A program made the translations under genes and the position numbers. A stretch of DNA of 64,000 bases from Actinomycetota bacterium (GTDB lineage: Bacteria; Actinomycetota; Actinomycetes; Actinomycetales; Microbacteriaceae), in contig JBJOKH010000010.1 of the NCBI GenBank assembly GCA_046046195.1, positions 2,837-66,836 on the forward strand. The letters run 5' to 3'. Below, in pieces: positions 24,249 to 34,160 of this stretch (the first letter of the stretch is position 1; every line of letters begins with the position of its first letter). The notes beneath the pieces are model-generated. The model searched no databases. It saw nothing but the letters and a program-made list of their open reading frames with translations, and was not told the origin of the DNA.

Positions 24249-24277
24249 ACCATAACAGGATTCGAACAAGATTTCGA
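24249..24277 (-). promoter_or_regulatory. Distal recA promoter with LexA box
   Basis: TCGAAC-AAGA-TTTCGA at 24262-24277 next to extended -10 TGtTATGGT (hexamer 24249-24254). Confidence 0.75.
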
Positions 24278-24285
24278 GTATTTAA

Positions 24286-24519
24286 TCAATCGGCGTGTTG
24301 TTTTTTAGCTTTTTTGTCCAGTCCCGACCAGCGCTCTTTTGGGACCTGCTGGGCACGGCAAATGGCCAGCCAGATTTCACGGGGGTCCTCACCTTGGGCA
24401 AGCAGTGTGGCAGCGGTTCGATCACCTAGCTCAAACAGGACAAAATCCCTGATGATTACTTCTGCATGGGGCTTGCCAAACTCATCTGCCATCAGCTCGT
24501 GGAACTGGCTTAGGCGCAA
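24286..24519 (-). CDS. DUF3046 family protein
   Basis: MRLSQF.ELM.DEFG...LG.RTA...G.DPR..W.A.C; usual position upstream of recA. Confidence 0.85.
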   Translation of the reverse strand: MRLSQFHELMADEFGKPHAEVIIRDFVLFELGDRTAATLLAQGEDPREIWLAICRAQQVPKERWSGLDKKAKKQHAD

Positions 24520-24537
24520 TTTGGGCTGAATTTCAGG

Positions 24538-24903
24538 CTAGATACGGCCACCGAGCAGGTCTTTTTCGAGCTGCTCGTTGAAATCCTGAACAAAACCGAT
24601 AGGCACGGTTAGGTCAGAAACCTCGCGTGAACCTGTTGCTTGAGCCATGAATTCTTCTGGAAGAACACCCTCTACTAGGGCAATTCGGTCCGAAACCTCG
24701 CGCAAAACCACAGATAGCGGGACCTCTAGGGCCTCGGCAACTGCCGACAGAATCTCCGAGGAAGCCTCTTTCTGGCCTCTCTCTAGCTCGCTCAGGTAGC
24801 CCAGGGCCACGCTGGCGCGGGCCGCTACCTGGCGGAGAGTCTGACCCTTCTGAAGCCTAAAATCGCGGAGAACGTCTCCAATTTCTGTTCGAACTAATGT
24901 CAT
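24538..24903 (-). CDS. clgR: XRE-family HTH regulator, ClgR-like
   Basis: IGDVLR..R..TLRQVA...LGYLSE.ERGQKEASSE; pgsA-cinA-clgR synteny. Confidence 0.82.
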   Translation of the reverse strand: MTLVRTEIGDVLRDFRLQKGQTLRQVAARASVALGYLSELERGQKEASSEILSAVAEALEVPLSVVLREVSDRIALVEGVLPEEFMAQATGSREVSDLTVPIGFVQDFNEQLEKDLLGGRI

Positions 24904-24945
24904 TTGACCCTCCTTCCAAAGCTCAACTGTAGCTGGTGCTTACGA

Positions 24946-24973
24946 CAACTAGATTATTCCGCAATTTCTTCCC
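24946..24973 (-). promoter_or_regulatory. Candidate SigH/SigE-type ECF promoter of clgR
   Basis: GGAAG-N18-GTTG overlapping the cinA stop. Confidence 0.5.
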
Positions 24974-25457
24974 AGAGGTGGCCAAGTCCCAGCAAAACCG
25001 CAGAATTCTGGATGTTTTCCCTATCCCCCTCCAAATCGTGTGCAAAAACATTGCTGGAAACCGCCTCTTCGGGACCCTGGCAGACACAAATGTAGAGCTC
25101 CCCGACCGGTCTGCCGTCTTGCTGGGTCGGGCCTGCCACCCCGGTTGTGGAAATGGCCACCAGGCTCGCAAGCTCTAAGCCCATCTTTTGCGCAATCTTA
25201 TTTCTAAGGCCATCGGCCATTTGAGCTGCAACTTCCGGATCGACCGGACCCTGATTTTCCAGCAGCTGCTTTGAAACACCCAGCAGTTCGTGCTTCAAAA
25301 AAGTGTCGTAGGCAACAATGCCCGTAAGCAAGACATCAGATGCGCCTGCAACCTTGGCAAATTCGGCCGTAAGCAATCCTCCTGTTAAGGATTCGGCAAT
25401 CACCAATTTCTTCTTTTGGTTTCTCAACGAATCGAGAATTGCGGCTGCGGTGCTCAC
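24954..25457 (-). CDS. cinA: CinA C-terminal domain protein (PncC-like NMN deamidase)
   Basis: AESLTGG, K..LLGV, STTGVAGP. Confidence 0.88.
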   Translation of the reverse strand: MSTAAAILDSLRNQKKKLVIAESLTGGLLTAEFAKVAGASDVLLTGIVAYDTFLKHELLGVSKQLLENQGPVDPEVAAQMADGLRNKIAQKMGLELASLVAISTTGVAGPTQQDGRPVGELYICVCQGPEEAVSSNVFAHDLEGDRENIQNSAVLLGLGHLWEEIAE

Positions 25458-25984
25458 TTTCTTGCCGCCAAGAAAAACTGCACTCCAGAAACCAGCGTCG
25501 ACGCCAAGGCCAGATAGAGCAAGCCCTCTTCAACGAAACTCCAAGCAAAGACCCAAATTTCAAATGGCGCCAGCACGGCGCCGATTGCGACGCCTTGGAG
25601 GATTGTCTTGAGTTTGCCAGCAAGTGTTGCAGGTATCACATTCTTCTTTACCACTATGACTCGATAGATTGTGACAGCGACTTCGCGAGCCAGAATCAAA
25701 ATTGTGATCCACCAGTCAATCTCGCCAAGATAAGAAAGTGTGAGCAGAGCTGAACCAAGCAGAGCTTTATCAGCAATTGGGTCGAGAATCTTTCCCAAGT
25801 TTGTGACTTTGTCGGTTCTTCTGGCAACGGCTCCATCAACTCCATCTGTGGAGATAGCCAACACAAAAACAAAAGTGGCAAGCCAGTGCTGCCACGAATT
25901 TGCATCTGGGGAAATCAAAAGCAAGTAAACAAACAGTGGTGCCAGTGCAATCCTGGCAATTGTTATGGAGTTTGGGAGGTTCAC
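25454..25984 (-). CDS. pgsA: CDP-diacylglycerol--glycerol-3-phosphate 3-phosphatidyltransferase
   Basis: NLPN.IT..R and D..DG..AR.....G..LDPIADK; GTG 25984 overlapping the ftsK stop (GTGA) preferred over TTG 26005. Confidence 0.92.
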   Translation of the reverse strand: MNLPNSITIARIALAPLFVYLLLISPDANSWQHWLATFVFVLAISTDGVDGAVARRTDKVTNLGKILDPIADKALLGSALLTLSYLGEIDWWITILILAREVAVTIYRVIVVKKNVIPATLAGKLKTILQGVAIGAVLAPFEIWVFAWSFVEEGLLYLALASTLVSGVQFFLAARK

Positions 25985-28482
25985 GGTCTGCCCGTCAACT
26001 GCCAAGCATCCTCGTCACCTTCGTCGTCCCCTGAATTTCTAGCTGCCGCAGAGTCAACGGCAAGCGTCTGAGGTGTGTCGCCCCTTAGTTGACTTAGCAC
26101 TGTTGCTAGATCTTCGGGCTTGACTAATACATCCCTCGCCTTGGACCCTTCTGACGGGCCTACGATGTTTCGCGACTCCAGCAAATCCATCAGCCTTCCA
26201 GCTTTAGCGAACCCGACGCGAAGCTTCCGCTGAAGCATTGAAGTAGACCCAAACTGGGAATTGACAATCAACTCAGTGGCCTGAAGCAAAACGTCTAGAT
26301 CGTCACCGATATCGGCATCGACAACTTTTGCGGTTGCGGTGACCGCAACGTCAGCGCGGTACTCCGGCTCCATCTGAGCTTTGACGTGCGAGACAACTGC
26401 GTGCAACTCAGACTCCGCTACCCATGCACCCTGAACGCGAATTGGCTTGTTGGTTCCCATCGGGGAGAAAAGTGCGTCACCTTGGCCAACGAGCTTCTCG
26501 GCACCTGGCTGATCCAAGATGACTCTGGAGTCGGTGACCGAAGAAACCGAAAATGCCAACCTTGAAGGAACGTTAGCTTTGATCAATCCGGTGACCACAT
26601 CAACCGAAGGTCGCTGAGTAGCCAGCACTAAGTGAATTCCCGATGCCCGAGCAAGTTGTGTGATTCGAACGATGGAATCCTCAACATCGCGCGGCGCCAC
26701 AATCATCAAGTCGGCTAGCTCGTCAACCACCACAAGCAAGTATGGATAGGGCTGAAGCTTTCTTGTTGAGCCTTCTGGAACCGATATCTCGCCCGCAACA
26801 ACAGCTCGATTGAAGTCGTCGATGTGCTTGAAGCCAAAGGATGCGAGGTCGTCATACCTCATGTCCATTTCCTTCACCACCCACTGCAAAGCCTCTGCAG
26901 CTTTCTTAGGGTTGGTGATGATAGGCGTAATTAGGTGCGGAACGCCCTGATATGCGGCAAGTTCAACGCGCTTAGGGTCGATAAGCACAAGCCTCACCTC
27001 AGCAGGCTTTGCCCTCATGAGGATTGAAGTAATCATGGAGTTCACAAAACTAGATTTACCTGCGCCAGTGGCACCTGCAACCAGAAGGTGCGGCATCTTG
27101 GCAAGGTTTGCAACAACAAAGCCACCCTCGACATCTTTACCGATACCGATGGTTAGAGGGTGTGCTGAAAGCTTGGCGTTCTGGGATCTCAAGACATCGC
27201 CAAGGGAAACCGTCTCGCGATCTGTGTTTGGAATCTCAATACCTATAGCGCTCTTGCCTGGAATCGGCGCCAGGATTCTTACCTCGTTGGAAGCCACGGC
27301 ATAAGAAATGTTGCTGGCCAGTCTGGTGACTGCCTCCACTTTCACACCAGCGGCCAACTCAACCTCATACCTGGTGACTGTTGGGCCCCGAGAGAAACCA
27401 GTGACGGTTGCCTCGATGTCGAATTCCTTGAAAACTGCGCTGATTGAAGCAACAACTTCATCAGTCACCTCAGACCGAAGTTTCGGTACGGTGCCAGGCG
27501 CGAGCAAGGATTGATCTGGGAGTTTGTAGGTGCGGTTGGTTCTGCCAACTGCCGCAACTGGCTTTTCTTCAGCCTCTGTTTCAAATAGGGCCTCAGGCTC
27601 TGACACGGGAACTACCGGAATCTCTCTGGTGTCCGCCGGTTTCTCATCAAACATTTGAGCCACAGCATGGGTGTCATCAGCTTCTTCAACTAGCGCGGAA
27701 TCAAAAGAGCCCTCGTCTTTTTTACCTCTTCGCCACCACGGAACTTTGGTTCCATCAAATGCATCAGATACTTCTTCCAGCTCTGGTTCTTTCTCCTTCG
27801 ACACAAAAGCCGATCCGAAAAGATACTCATAGAGCTGACCTAGGCGCTCACCTATTTTGTTTGGTGCGGTCTTGGTCATAATCAAAACTGAGCCAAAACC
27901 AATCAGCGCAAGAACGGGCACAGCACCCCAGATTGTGATTGTTGCCAAGAATGGAATCGCAATTAGCCAACCGAGCAAACCCCCAGCTCCTGCAAGAGCC
28001 ATGACGCCATCGGTTGGCTGTGGCTGGTAGCTAAAGAGGTGAAAAAATCCAGAGATGGTGACAAGCATCAAGAACAAACCAACACCGATTCTTGAGTTAT
28101 CTCGAACAGTTGAGGGGTGACGGGCCAGGAAGATTGCAAATATGATCATCACAACCGGTAGACCGAATGACACCGGGCCAAAAAGCAAACCGAAGCTCCA
28201 GGCGTTTAGGGTTTGCGCCCAGGGCTCTTGAATCAGGAACCAACCGAAGGTAATTCCTAATACGCCGAGAATTGCCATAAAGAATGGAAAGCCGTCTCGG
28301 CGGTCCTCTTTTGAAATCTGGTCAGGGGATAATGCCCTGGCCGCTCCCCCGAAACCGTGGGCTAAGCCGAGATAAATGCGCACCAGAAGGTGTGGCTGAC
28401 CGGAAGACGAGTTCTTGGGTTTTAGAACCTCGGTCTTGGCTGGGGCGCGTTTTCTCGCGGGTGGCGATTTTCTGGAAGCCAT
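25981..28482 (-). CDS. ftsK: DNA translocase FtsK
   Basis: N-terminal TMs, [34 protein letters not shown] gamma domain; start moved to MASRK (28482), 7 nt after a TAGTTT -10. Confidence 0.95.
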   Translation of the reverse strand: MASRKSPPARKRAPAKTEVLKPKNSSSGQPHLLVRIYLGLAHGFGGAARALSPDQISKEDRRDGFPFFMAILGVLGITFGWFLIQEPWAQTLNAWSFGLLFGPVSFGLPVVMIIFAIFLARHPSTVRDNSRIGVGLFLMLVTISGFFHLFSYQPQPTDGVMALAGAGGLLGWLIAIPFLATITIWGAVPVLALIGFGSVLIMTKTAPNKIGERLGQLYEYLFGSAFVSKEKEPELEEVSDAFDGTKVPWWRRGKKDEGSFDSALVEEADDTHAVAQMFDEKPADTREIPVVPVSEPEALFETEAEEKPVAAVGRTNRTYKLPDQSLLAPGTVPKLRSEVTDEVVASISAVFKEFDIEATVTGFSRGPTVTRYEVELAAGVKVEAVTRLASNISYAVASNEVRILAPIPGKSAIGIEIPNTDRETVSLGDVLRSQNAKLSAHPLTIGIGKDVEGGFVVANLAKMPHLLVAGATGAGKSSFVNSMITSILMRAKPAEVRLVLIDPKRVELAAYQGVPHLITPIITNPKKAAEALQWVVKEMDMRYDDLASFGFKHIDDFNRAVVAGEISVPEGSTRKLQPYPYLLVVVDELADLMIVAPRDVEDSIVRITQLARASGIHLVLATQRPSVDVVTGLIKANVPSRLAFSVSSVTDSRVILDQPGAEKLVGQGDALFSPMGTNKPIRVQGAWVAESELHAVVSHVKAQMEPEYRADVAVTATAKVVDADIGDDLDVLLQATELIVNSQFGSTSMLQRKLRVGFAKAGRLMDLLESRNIVGPSEGSKARDVLVKPEDLATVLSQLRGDTPQTLAVDSAAARNSGDDEGDEDAWQLTGRP

Positions 28483-28532
28483 GGCTTCAAAACTACTAGC
28501 GGCCTGCCCAAAACCCGCGGAACCACGGTCGG

Positions 28533-30209
28533 CTAGCCGTGGATCACAACCGGGATGATCATCGGCTTGCGGCGGTGGGCCTTGGAAACCCAACCTCCAA
28601 CACTTCTTCGAATTACCTGCTGCAACGAATGGGTGTCCCTGACACCTTCTCGAGCAGCCTGAAGAAGTGCCCTTTCAATCTGCGGTTTGACATCATCGAA
28701 GACGTGGTCTTCTTCGGCGAAAGCTCTAGCCCTTATCTCCGGTCCAGCCGTAATCAATCCAGTGTTCGGGTCAACCACTACAAAAACTGATATGAAGCCT
28801 TCTTCGCTCAGGACTCTTCGGTCCTTTAGATCTTCTTCGGTGATGGTGCCGACTGTTTTGCCGTCGACATAAAGCAATCCGCACTCAACCTCGCCAACAA
28901 CTCGGGCTTCACCTTCGGCTAGGTCAATCACGAAACCGTCTTCGGCCAAAATGATGTTCGCTGGCGAGATGCCAGTCTGCTCTGCAATCTTTGCATTAGC
29001 AACAAGGTGCCGATACTCACCGTGGACCGGCATAACGTTCTTGGGTTTCAAGATGTTGTAGACGTATAGCAATTCTCCAGCTGCAGCGTGGCCGGATACG
29101 TGCACCTTGGCGTTGCCCTTATGAATTACATTTGCGCCGAGCTTGGTCAGACCATCAATTACTCGATACACGGCATTCTCGTTGCCTGGAATTAAGGAGC
29201 TTGCCAGAATTACGGTGTCGCCTTCGGCAATCTCAATCTCGTGCTCTAGCTTGGCCATTCGAGATAGCCCGGCCATTGGCTCACCCTGACTTCCGGTAGA
29301 CATAAACACCAAATCTGACGGCTCATATTTGTTTATGTCCTTGATGTCGACAATCGAGTCATCCGGAACAGTTAGATAGCCAAGGTCTGCCGCGATCTGC
29401 ATGTTGCGAACCATGGAGCGGCCGACCATTACGACTTTACGATCGTTCTTGACTGCGGCATCAATTACCTGTTGAACGCGGTGAACGTGGGAAGAAAAAG
29501 AAGCAACAATCACACGCTTGGTTGCGCGCCCAATGACATCTTCGAGCACTGGGCCGATGTCTTTTTCGAGTGGAGTGAAGCCCGGTACGTCAGCGTTGGT
29601 TGAATCACACAGGAACAGATCAAGGCCCGCCTCTCCGATCCTGGCAAAGGCTCGCAAATCAGTGATTCGACCATCCAAGGGAATCTGGTCCATCTTGAAA
29701 TCACCGGTGTGCAAGATGGTACCGGCCTTGGATTTGATCAGAACGGCTAGGGCATCTGGAATTGAGTGGTTGACGGCGATGAACTCGAGTTCAAAGTCAC
29801 CCATGACTTCAATATCGCCCTCGCGAACGGTGTGAGTGTAGGCAGGCATCTTGTGTTCTTTTAGTTTTGCCTCAATGAAGGCAAGGGTTAGCGAAGATCC
29901 GATGATTGGAATATCAGCCCGCATTCGAAGCAGGTAAGGAACTCCCCCGATGTGATCTTCGTGGCCGTGAGTTAGAACAACTCCGATGATGTCCTTGAGT
30001 CGATTCTTTAGGTATCCGAAGTCGGGCAAGATAACATCAACGCCTGGTTGGTGCTCTTCTGGAAAAAGGACACCGCAATCGACAATCAGTATTTTGCCGT
30101 TGATTTCAAAGACGGTCATGTTGCGACCGATTTCTCCAATTCCACCAAGTGGAATGATTCGCATTACGTCTTTTTTAAGCGGAGCCGGGCTCGGCAGGGT
30201 TAGAACCAC
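28533..30209 (-). CDS. rnj: Ribonuclease J
   Basis: [28 protein letters not shown]. Confidence 0.97.
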   Translation of the reverse strand: MVLTLPSPAPLKKDVMRIIPLGGIGEIGRNMTVFEINGKILIVDCGVLFPEEHQPGVDVILPDFGYLKNRLKDIIGVVLTHGHEDHIGGVPYLLRMRADIPIIGSSLTLAFIEAKLKEHKMPAYTHTVREGDIEVMGDFELEFIAVNHSIPDALAVLIKSKAGTILHTGDFKMDQIPLDGRITDLRAFARIGEAGLDLFLCDSTNADVPGFTPLEKDIGPVLEDVIGRATKRVIVASFSSHVHRVQQVIDAAVKNDRKVVMVGRSMVRNMQIAADLGYLTVPDDSIVDIKDINKYEPSDLVFMSTGSQGEPMAGLSRMAKLEHEIEIAEGDTVILASSLIPGNENAVYRVIDGLTKLGANVIHKGNAKVHVSGHAAAGELLYVYNILKPKNVMPVHGEYRHLVANAKIAEQTGISPANIILAEDGFVIDLAEGEARVVGEVECGLLYVDGKTVGTITEEDLKDRRVLSEEGFISVFVVVDPNTGLITAGPEIRARAFAEEDHVFDDVKPQIERALLQAAREGVRDTHSLQQVIRRSVGGWVSKAHRRKPMIIPVVIHG

Positions 30210-30227
30210 AGTCTTCTTTCTTTGACG

Positions 30228-31208
30228 CTACCTAGTTGTGCCAGCCACCTTCGGCAGCGCACCGCCAGCGGCAGCATTTCTATCTGGTCTGAAGTTTGCA
30301 AATGAAAGTCCTGGAACTTGTCCGACCTTCTCAATTCCGTCTTCGATTCTTGCAGCCTCGTCATCTTCTGGGCCCACCAGTGGAAGACGAACGCGAGGTG
30401 AAGCGATTTGACCCAAGCCGTGAAGCACATACTTAGCAGCTACTGTTCCAGGGACATTAGTCATGATCGCCCGCTGAAGCGGCTCCAGCGCGTTATGAAC
30501 TTTTAGTGCGTGATGGAAATCGTTTCGGTTAGTGGCATCGACAAGCTCACGGTATGCAGCAGGAGCGACGTTTGCTGTCACACCTATCAAACCGGTTGCA
30601 CCAATCGAGATGTGTGGCAAGACGTTTGAGTCGTCACCCGAGAAGTACATCAAGTCGGTCTCGTTCATAAGTCTTGAGGCCTGCGCCAAATCTCCAACGG
30701 CATCTTTCACCGCAACAATGTTCGGGTGCTTTGCGGCTCTGTGGAAAGTCTGCTGTGAGATCGCAACGCCGGTTCGACCTGGGATGTCATACAAGATCAC
30801 TGGCAAGTCAGTTGAATCTGCAATCAATCTGAAGTGAGTCAAGATTCCAGCCTGAGTTGGCTTGTTGTAGTAAGGGGTCACAATCATCACGCCGTCAGCG
30901 CCAGCTCTTTCGCTCAGCTTGTAGAGCTGCATGGCGTGAGCGGTCTCGTTTGAACCACCGCCGGTGATGATTTTTGCTCGTCCGGCTGCTACCGATTTTC
31001 CAACTTCAACGAGTTTGATTTTCTCTGCGTCAGTAAGAGTTGAGGTTTCACCGGTGGTACCAGTGACCACAACACCATCAGCGCCATTAGAAATTACGTA
31101 GTCAATGTGCTTTTCGGTGGAGTCCCAGTCGACTTCACCTTCAGCAGTCATGGGCGTCACAAGGGCGACCAAGACTTGGCCGAAGATGTCCTTGTGGTTA
31201 TTTGCCAT
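30228..31208 (-). CDS. dapA: 4-hydroxy-tetrahydrodipicolinate synthase
   Basis: GTTGE, PYYNKP, YDIPGRTG, VKDA. Confidence 0.96.
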   Translation of the reverse strand: MANNHKDIFGQVLVALVTPMTAEGEVDWDSTEKHIDYVISNGADGVVVTGTTGETSTLTDAEKIKLVEVGKSVAAGRAKIITGGGSNETAHAMQLYKLSERAGADGVMIVTPYYNKPTQAGILTHFRLIADSTDLPVILYDIPGRTGVAISQQTFHRAAKHPNIVAVKDAVGDLAQASRLMNETDLMYFSGDDSNVLPHISIGATGLIGVTANVAPAAYRELVDATNRNDFHHALKVHNALEPLQRAIMTNVPGTVAAKYVLHGLGQIASPRVRLPLVGPEDDEAARIEDGIEKVGQVPGLSFANFRPDRNAAAGGALPKVAGTTR

Positions 31209-31233
31209 GTCTAAACCCTAGCCCAAGGGCAAG

Positions 31234-31965
31234 TTATGGTGCTACTCGCCCGTTTTGGTTGAAGGTCTCGTAGGTGTAAGGCATAAGCTTGGCGAACTCG
31301 TCTTCCATCTTTTCCGCACACATCTCTATCTCGCGCTGTGGGAAGGAAGGGAAGTGAGTGCCCTCGCGCTTGGTTCTGAGGCTCAAGAAGTTCATCAGCG
31401 CTCGAGCGTTCATGGTGACATACATGCTCGAATAGATGTTTAGCGGCAATACAATTCGTGCAACTTCCCTAGCAACCCCGGCTTCAAGCATTCGCTTGTA
31501 AGACTCATAGGCTGTGACGGATGCGGTCCTGGCCTCTTGCTCAACCAGAGCAATCTGCTCAGCCGACCCAGGCAAGAATTCGTAGTGGCCTGTTTTGCCA
31601 ACCTGAACTAAGTTGCGGTCAGGACCTGGAACATAGAAAACCGGTGATAGCTCTTTGTAGCGACCAGACTCTTCGTTGTAGCTGGCGATACGGTGTCGCA
31701 TGAATTCTCTAAAGACAAAGATTGGCGCCTGAACATAAAAGGTCATTGAGTTGTGCTCGAAAGGCGACCCGTGGCGATCACGCATTAGATAGTTGATTAG
31801 ACCGCGATCGCGCTTGTCGGTTTCGGCATCCTTGTTGGCTTGCGCCGCCTCAAGGGACTGCTCGCCCTGAGTTGAGACCCTGGCGGCAAAAAGTACGTCC
31901 TGGTCGCTTGCGTTCGAGCGAACCAGTTCAACGGTTACATCGGATCTAAAAATTACGTCAGACAT
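31234..31965 (-). CDS. thyX: FAD-dependent thymidylate synthase
   Basis: HGSPFEH, RHR.ASYNEESGRY, REVAR.VLP, QREI; start moved to MSDV (31965), 7 nt after a TAAGCT -10. Confidence 0.95.
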   Translation of the reverse strand: MSDVIFRSDVTVELVRSNASDQDVLFAARVSTQGEQSLEAAQANKDAETDKRDRGLINYLMRDRHGSPFEHNSMTFYVQAPIFVFREFMRHRIASYNEESGRYKELSPVFYVPGPDRNLVQVGKTGHYEFLPGSAEQIALVEQEARTASVTAYESYKRMLEAGVAREVARIVLPLNIYSSMYVTMNARALMNFLSLRTKREGTHFPSFPQREIEMCAEKMEDEFAKLMPYTYETFNQNGRVAP

Positions 31966-32039
31966 TCCCACTAGCTTAGCTACTGGTTCCAGACCCCCAA
32001 GCCAAGCCCACGCCGAGCCTAAGAAACCAGAGGTATTCG

Positions 32040-32066
32040 GGCATAAACCTTCGCCCTGACTTGTTG
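32040..32066 (+). promoter_or_regulatory. Candidate SigH/SigR-type promoter for the thioredoxin-DUF4395 pair
   Basis: GGCAT-N18-GTTG, one mismatch to GGAAT-N18-GTT. Confidence 0.4.
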
Positions 32067-32107
32067 AGTATCTTGGATAGCGAACCTCGAAAAAGCAAAG
32101 GCCCACC

Positions 32108-32548
32108 TTGGACACCAGACTCGCAGTAATCGGGATCTTGGTGCTGGTGGCACTTTTGGCGGGGGCATGGTGGAAAGTTCGGACCGGAAGAGCCAAGCTC
32201 GTCAAATCCGGAAAGCTCGTCGACTTGAACAAGCTTCAAGCGGACAAATCCGGAACACCGGTCAAGACATTTGGGTCCACCGCAACGCTGCTGCAGTTTT
32301 CAACCGAAGTTTGCAGCATTTGCGTTGCCACCTCAAGGCTTTACAAAGAGCTAGAGGCCAAGATTCCAGGACTAAAGCACATTGAGGTAGACATCACTCA
32401 CCGCATGGATTTGGCCGCACACTTTTCAATCATGCAAACACCGACAACTTTGATTCTGGATAAGCACGGTATGGTCAAGGCCCGCATCGGCGGAGCCCCA
32501 AGGCAAAATGTTATTGAGGCCGAGATTAACAAACTGGAGGAAAAATGA
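32108..32548 (+). CDS. Membrane-anchored thioredoxin-like protein
   Basis: N-terminal TM, LLQFSTEVCSIC (CxxC), TPT motif. Confidence 0.85.
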   Translation: MDTRLAVIGILVLVALLAGAWWKVRTGRAKLVKSGKLVDLNKLQADKSGTPVKTFGSTATLLQFSTEVCSICVATSRLYKELEAKIPGLKHIEVDITHRMDLAAHFSIMQTPTTLILDKHGMVKARIGGAPRQNVIEAEINKLEEK

Positions 32549-32991
32549 AAATAGAGCAGCTAGACCCAAGAGGGCCAAGGTTTGGTGCAGGCATTTCCTC
32601 AATACTGATGCTGGTTGTGATTTACCTTTCCCTAGATTCAGCCACTGAACAGCTTGCTCTTTGGGTGATGGGGTTTGCGGTAGTTATGTTCACCTTTGGA
32701 TCGCTGCTTGGTCCAGCCAGGCATCCATACAGCTACCTATACAAATACACCCTGAGAAAATTCCTCAAGGCTCCCGCCTATCTGGAACCTGCTACCCCGG
32801 TTCACTTCGCTCAAGTTATTGGACTCATCATCACGGGAACAGGTCTTGCTCTTGGAGTTCTTGGCGTGCCGTACGCTCTGCCAATCGCTGCGGCTGGAGC
32901 CTTCATAGCTGCATTCGTGAATGCAGTTTTTGCTTACTGCATCGGTTGCCAGATGTATCTTGGGCTAAAGCGTCTTGGAGTGCTTCGCTAA
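32545..32991 (+). CDS. DUF4395 family membrane protein
   Basis: DPRGPRF, P..FAQ..G, F.YCIGCQMY. Confidence 0.82.
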   Translation: MKIEQLDPRGPRFGAGISSILMLVVIYLSLDSATEQLALWVMGFAVVMFTFGSLLGPARHPYSYLYKYTLRKFLKAPAYLEPATPVHFAQVIGLIITGTGLALGVLGVPYALPIAAAGAFIAAFVNAVFAYCIGCQMYLGLKRLGVLR

Positions 32992-33417
32992 CGCAATTGC
33001 CTGTCGCATAGACTTTCTGGCCCTGGGTCTATCCCCTGCAGCATCGTATGCCAGACCTAGAGCAAACCATTTCTCCCAGTTTTCTTCGTCTTGCTCAACC
33101 GCCTGACGGAAAGTGTCAAAAACGTTTTGTGCTGATTCCTTGGTAGGTCTGCCACTTGGCCTGAGTTCAAAGTTAAACGCAGGCCATTGGTTCTTCTCTG
33201 TGAGAATCTTGCCAAGCTTTTCTATCCGAAGTCCGAACCTTAGCTCCATGGCTATTGCCCAAAAAGCTACAGCTGGTAAGAAAATCATCAGCGAACCGAT
33301 GGCGACTCCGACTGTTTCGCCTGACCAGATTAAGGCTACAGATCGCTCTCCAACCAAGACCAGGTACACCAGCACCAGAGCCGACATAAAACCGGCTCCG
33401 AACTTAGCCGAATTCAA
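32965..33417 (-). CDS. Conserved actinobacterial membrane/TPR-like protein downstream of dapB
   Basis: Two TMs, PSGR, WF.LGLAYDAAGDR.RAR..MR.AI. Confidence 0.75.
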   Translation of the reverse strand: MNSAKFGAGFMSALVLVYLVLVGERSVALIWSGETVGVAIGSLMIFLPAVAFWAIAMELRFGLRIEKLGKILTEKNQWPAFNFELRPSGRPTKESAQNVFDTFRQAVEQDEENWEKWFALGLAYDAAGDRPRARKSMRQAIALAKHSKTL

Positions 33418-34137
33418 TTACTTGTCCTCAAGAAGCTTGAGTAAGCCAACAGTTAGGCCCGTAAGATTCACACTCTTACGCATAGCTAAAAGCAAGCCCT
33501 GGGCATAAACCTCGTGCGAGGTGACCACGTGTTTGAAATAGAGACTTTCATTAGGGCCCGCCAACAAAACTTCTTGCTCAGCGTGGGCATCATCAATGCG
33601 AAGGCTAGTGATTGGAATCCCGTTGAATAGCGGTGCTGAGTTACCTTCGGTCGCCGGCGAGACAGCTTTGCCTTTTCTAGCTGCTGCTATCTCTTGGGAG
33701 GTAAAGAGTGCAGTTCCGGAAGGTGCGTCGAGTTTCTTGGTGTGGTGAGTCTCGATGATTTCAATGGCATCGAAGTAGCGGCCTGCTTCTGCTGCAAACT
33801 TAGTGGCAAGTACCGAACCAATTGAAAAGTTGGGAATAACAACAACGGTAGCTTTCGAACCAACCATCTTGTCTCTTAGGGCATCCAGTTTTTCCTTGCT
33901 CCAGCCGCTGGTTCCAACCAGAATCTTTAGATTGTTCTGAATTGCAAAATCAACAATCGCCACCGATGCATCGGGCTTCGTCAAATCAAGCAGCAAATCG
34001 GCACCAAATGCCTCGGCCGGAGAGTTGTGTGAACCGAGGGCTGAGTGAAGCTCCAGGTCAGGGTTTTGCTCAATCAGCGAAAGCGCCAACTGGCCCATGC
34101 GCCCGGATGCACCTAGGACCGAAATTTTGATTGCCAT
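33418..34137 (-). CDS. dapB: 4-hydroxy-tetrahydrodipicolinate reductase
   Basis: GASGRMG, GTSGW, PNFSIG, E.HH..K.DAPSGTA. Confidence 0.95.
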   Translation of the reverse strand: MAIKISVLGASGRMGQLALSLIEQNPDLELHSALGSHNSPAEAFGADLLLDLTKPDASVAIVDFAIQNNLKILVGTSGWSKEKLDALRDKMVGSKATVVVIPNFSIGSVLATKFAAEAGRYFDAIEIIETHHTKKLDAPSGTALFTSQEIAAARKGKAVSPATEGNSAPLFNGIPITSLRIDDAHAEQEVLLAGPNESLYFKHVVTSHEVYAQGLLLAMRKSVNLTGLTVGLLKLLEDK

Positions 34138-34160
34138 GCTACAAACCTACCCAGAACTGA

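Noticed and set aside
24923-25171. 82-aa minus-strand ORF overlapping cinA
   Set aside because: Alternative frame of cinA with no recognisable motif.
28483-28593. N-terminal extension of FtsK overlapping rnj
   Set aside because: Composition is not FtsK-like; the -10 hexamer before ATG 28482 indicates the real start.
32030-32089. Possible riboswitch-like fold (GAGGT../..ACCTC with inner GGGC/GCCC) before the thioredoxin gene
   Set aside because: No match to a riboswitch consensus I recognise, and it overlaps the likely promoter, so it is probably not transcribed whole.
31966-32232. 89-aa N-terminal extension of ThyX in the ORF track
   Set aside because: Overlaps the thioredoxin gene antisense and its promoter; a leaderless -10 marks the start at 31965.
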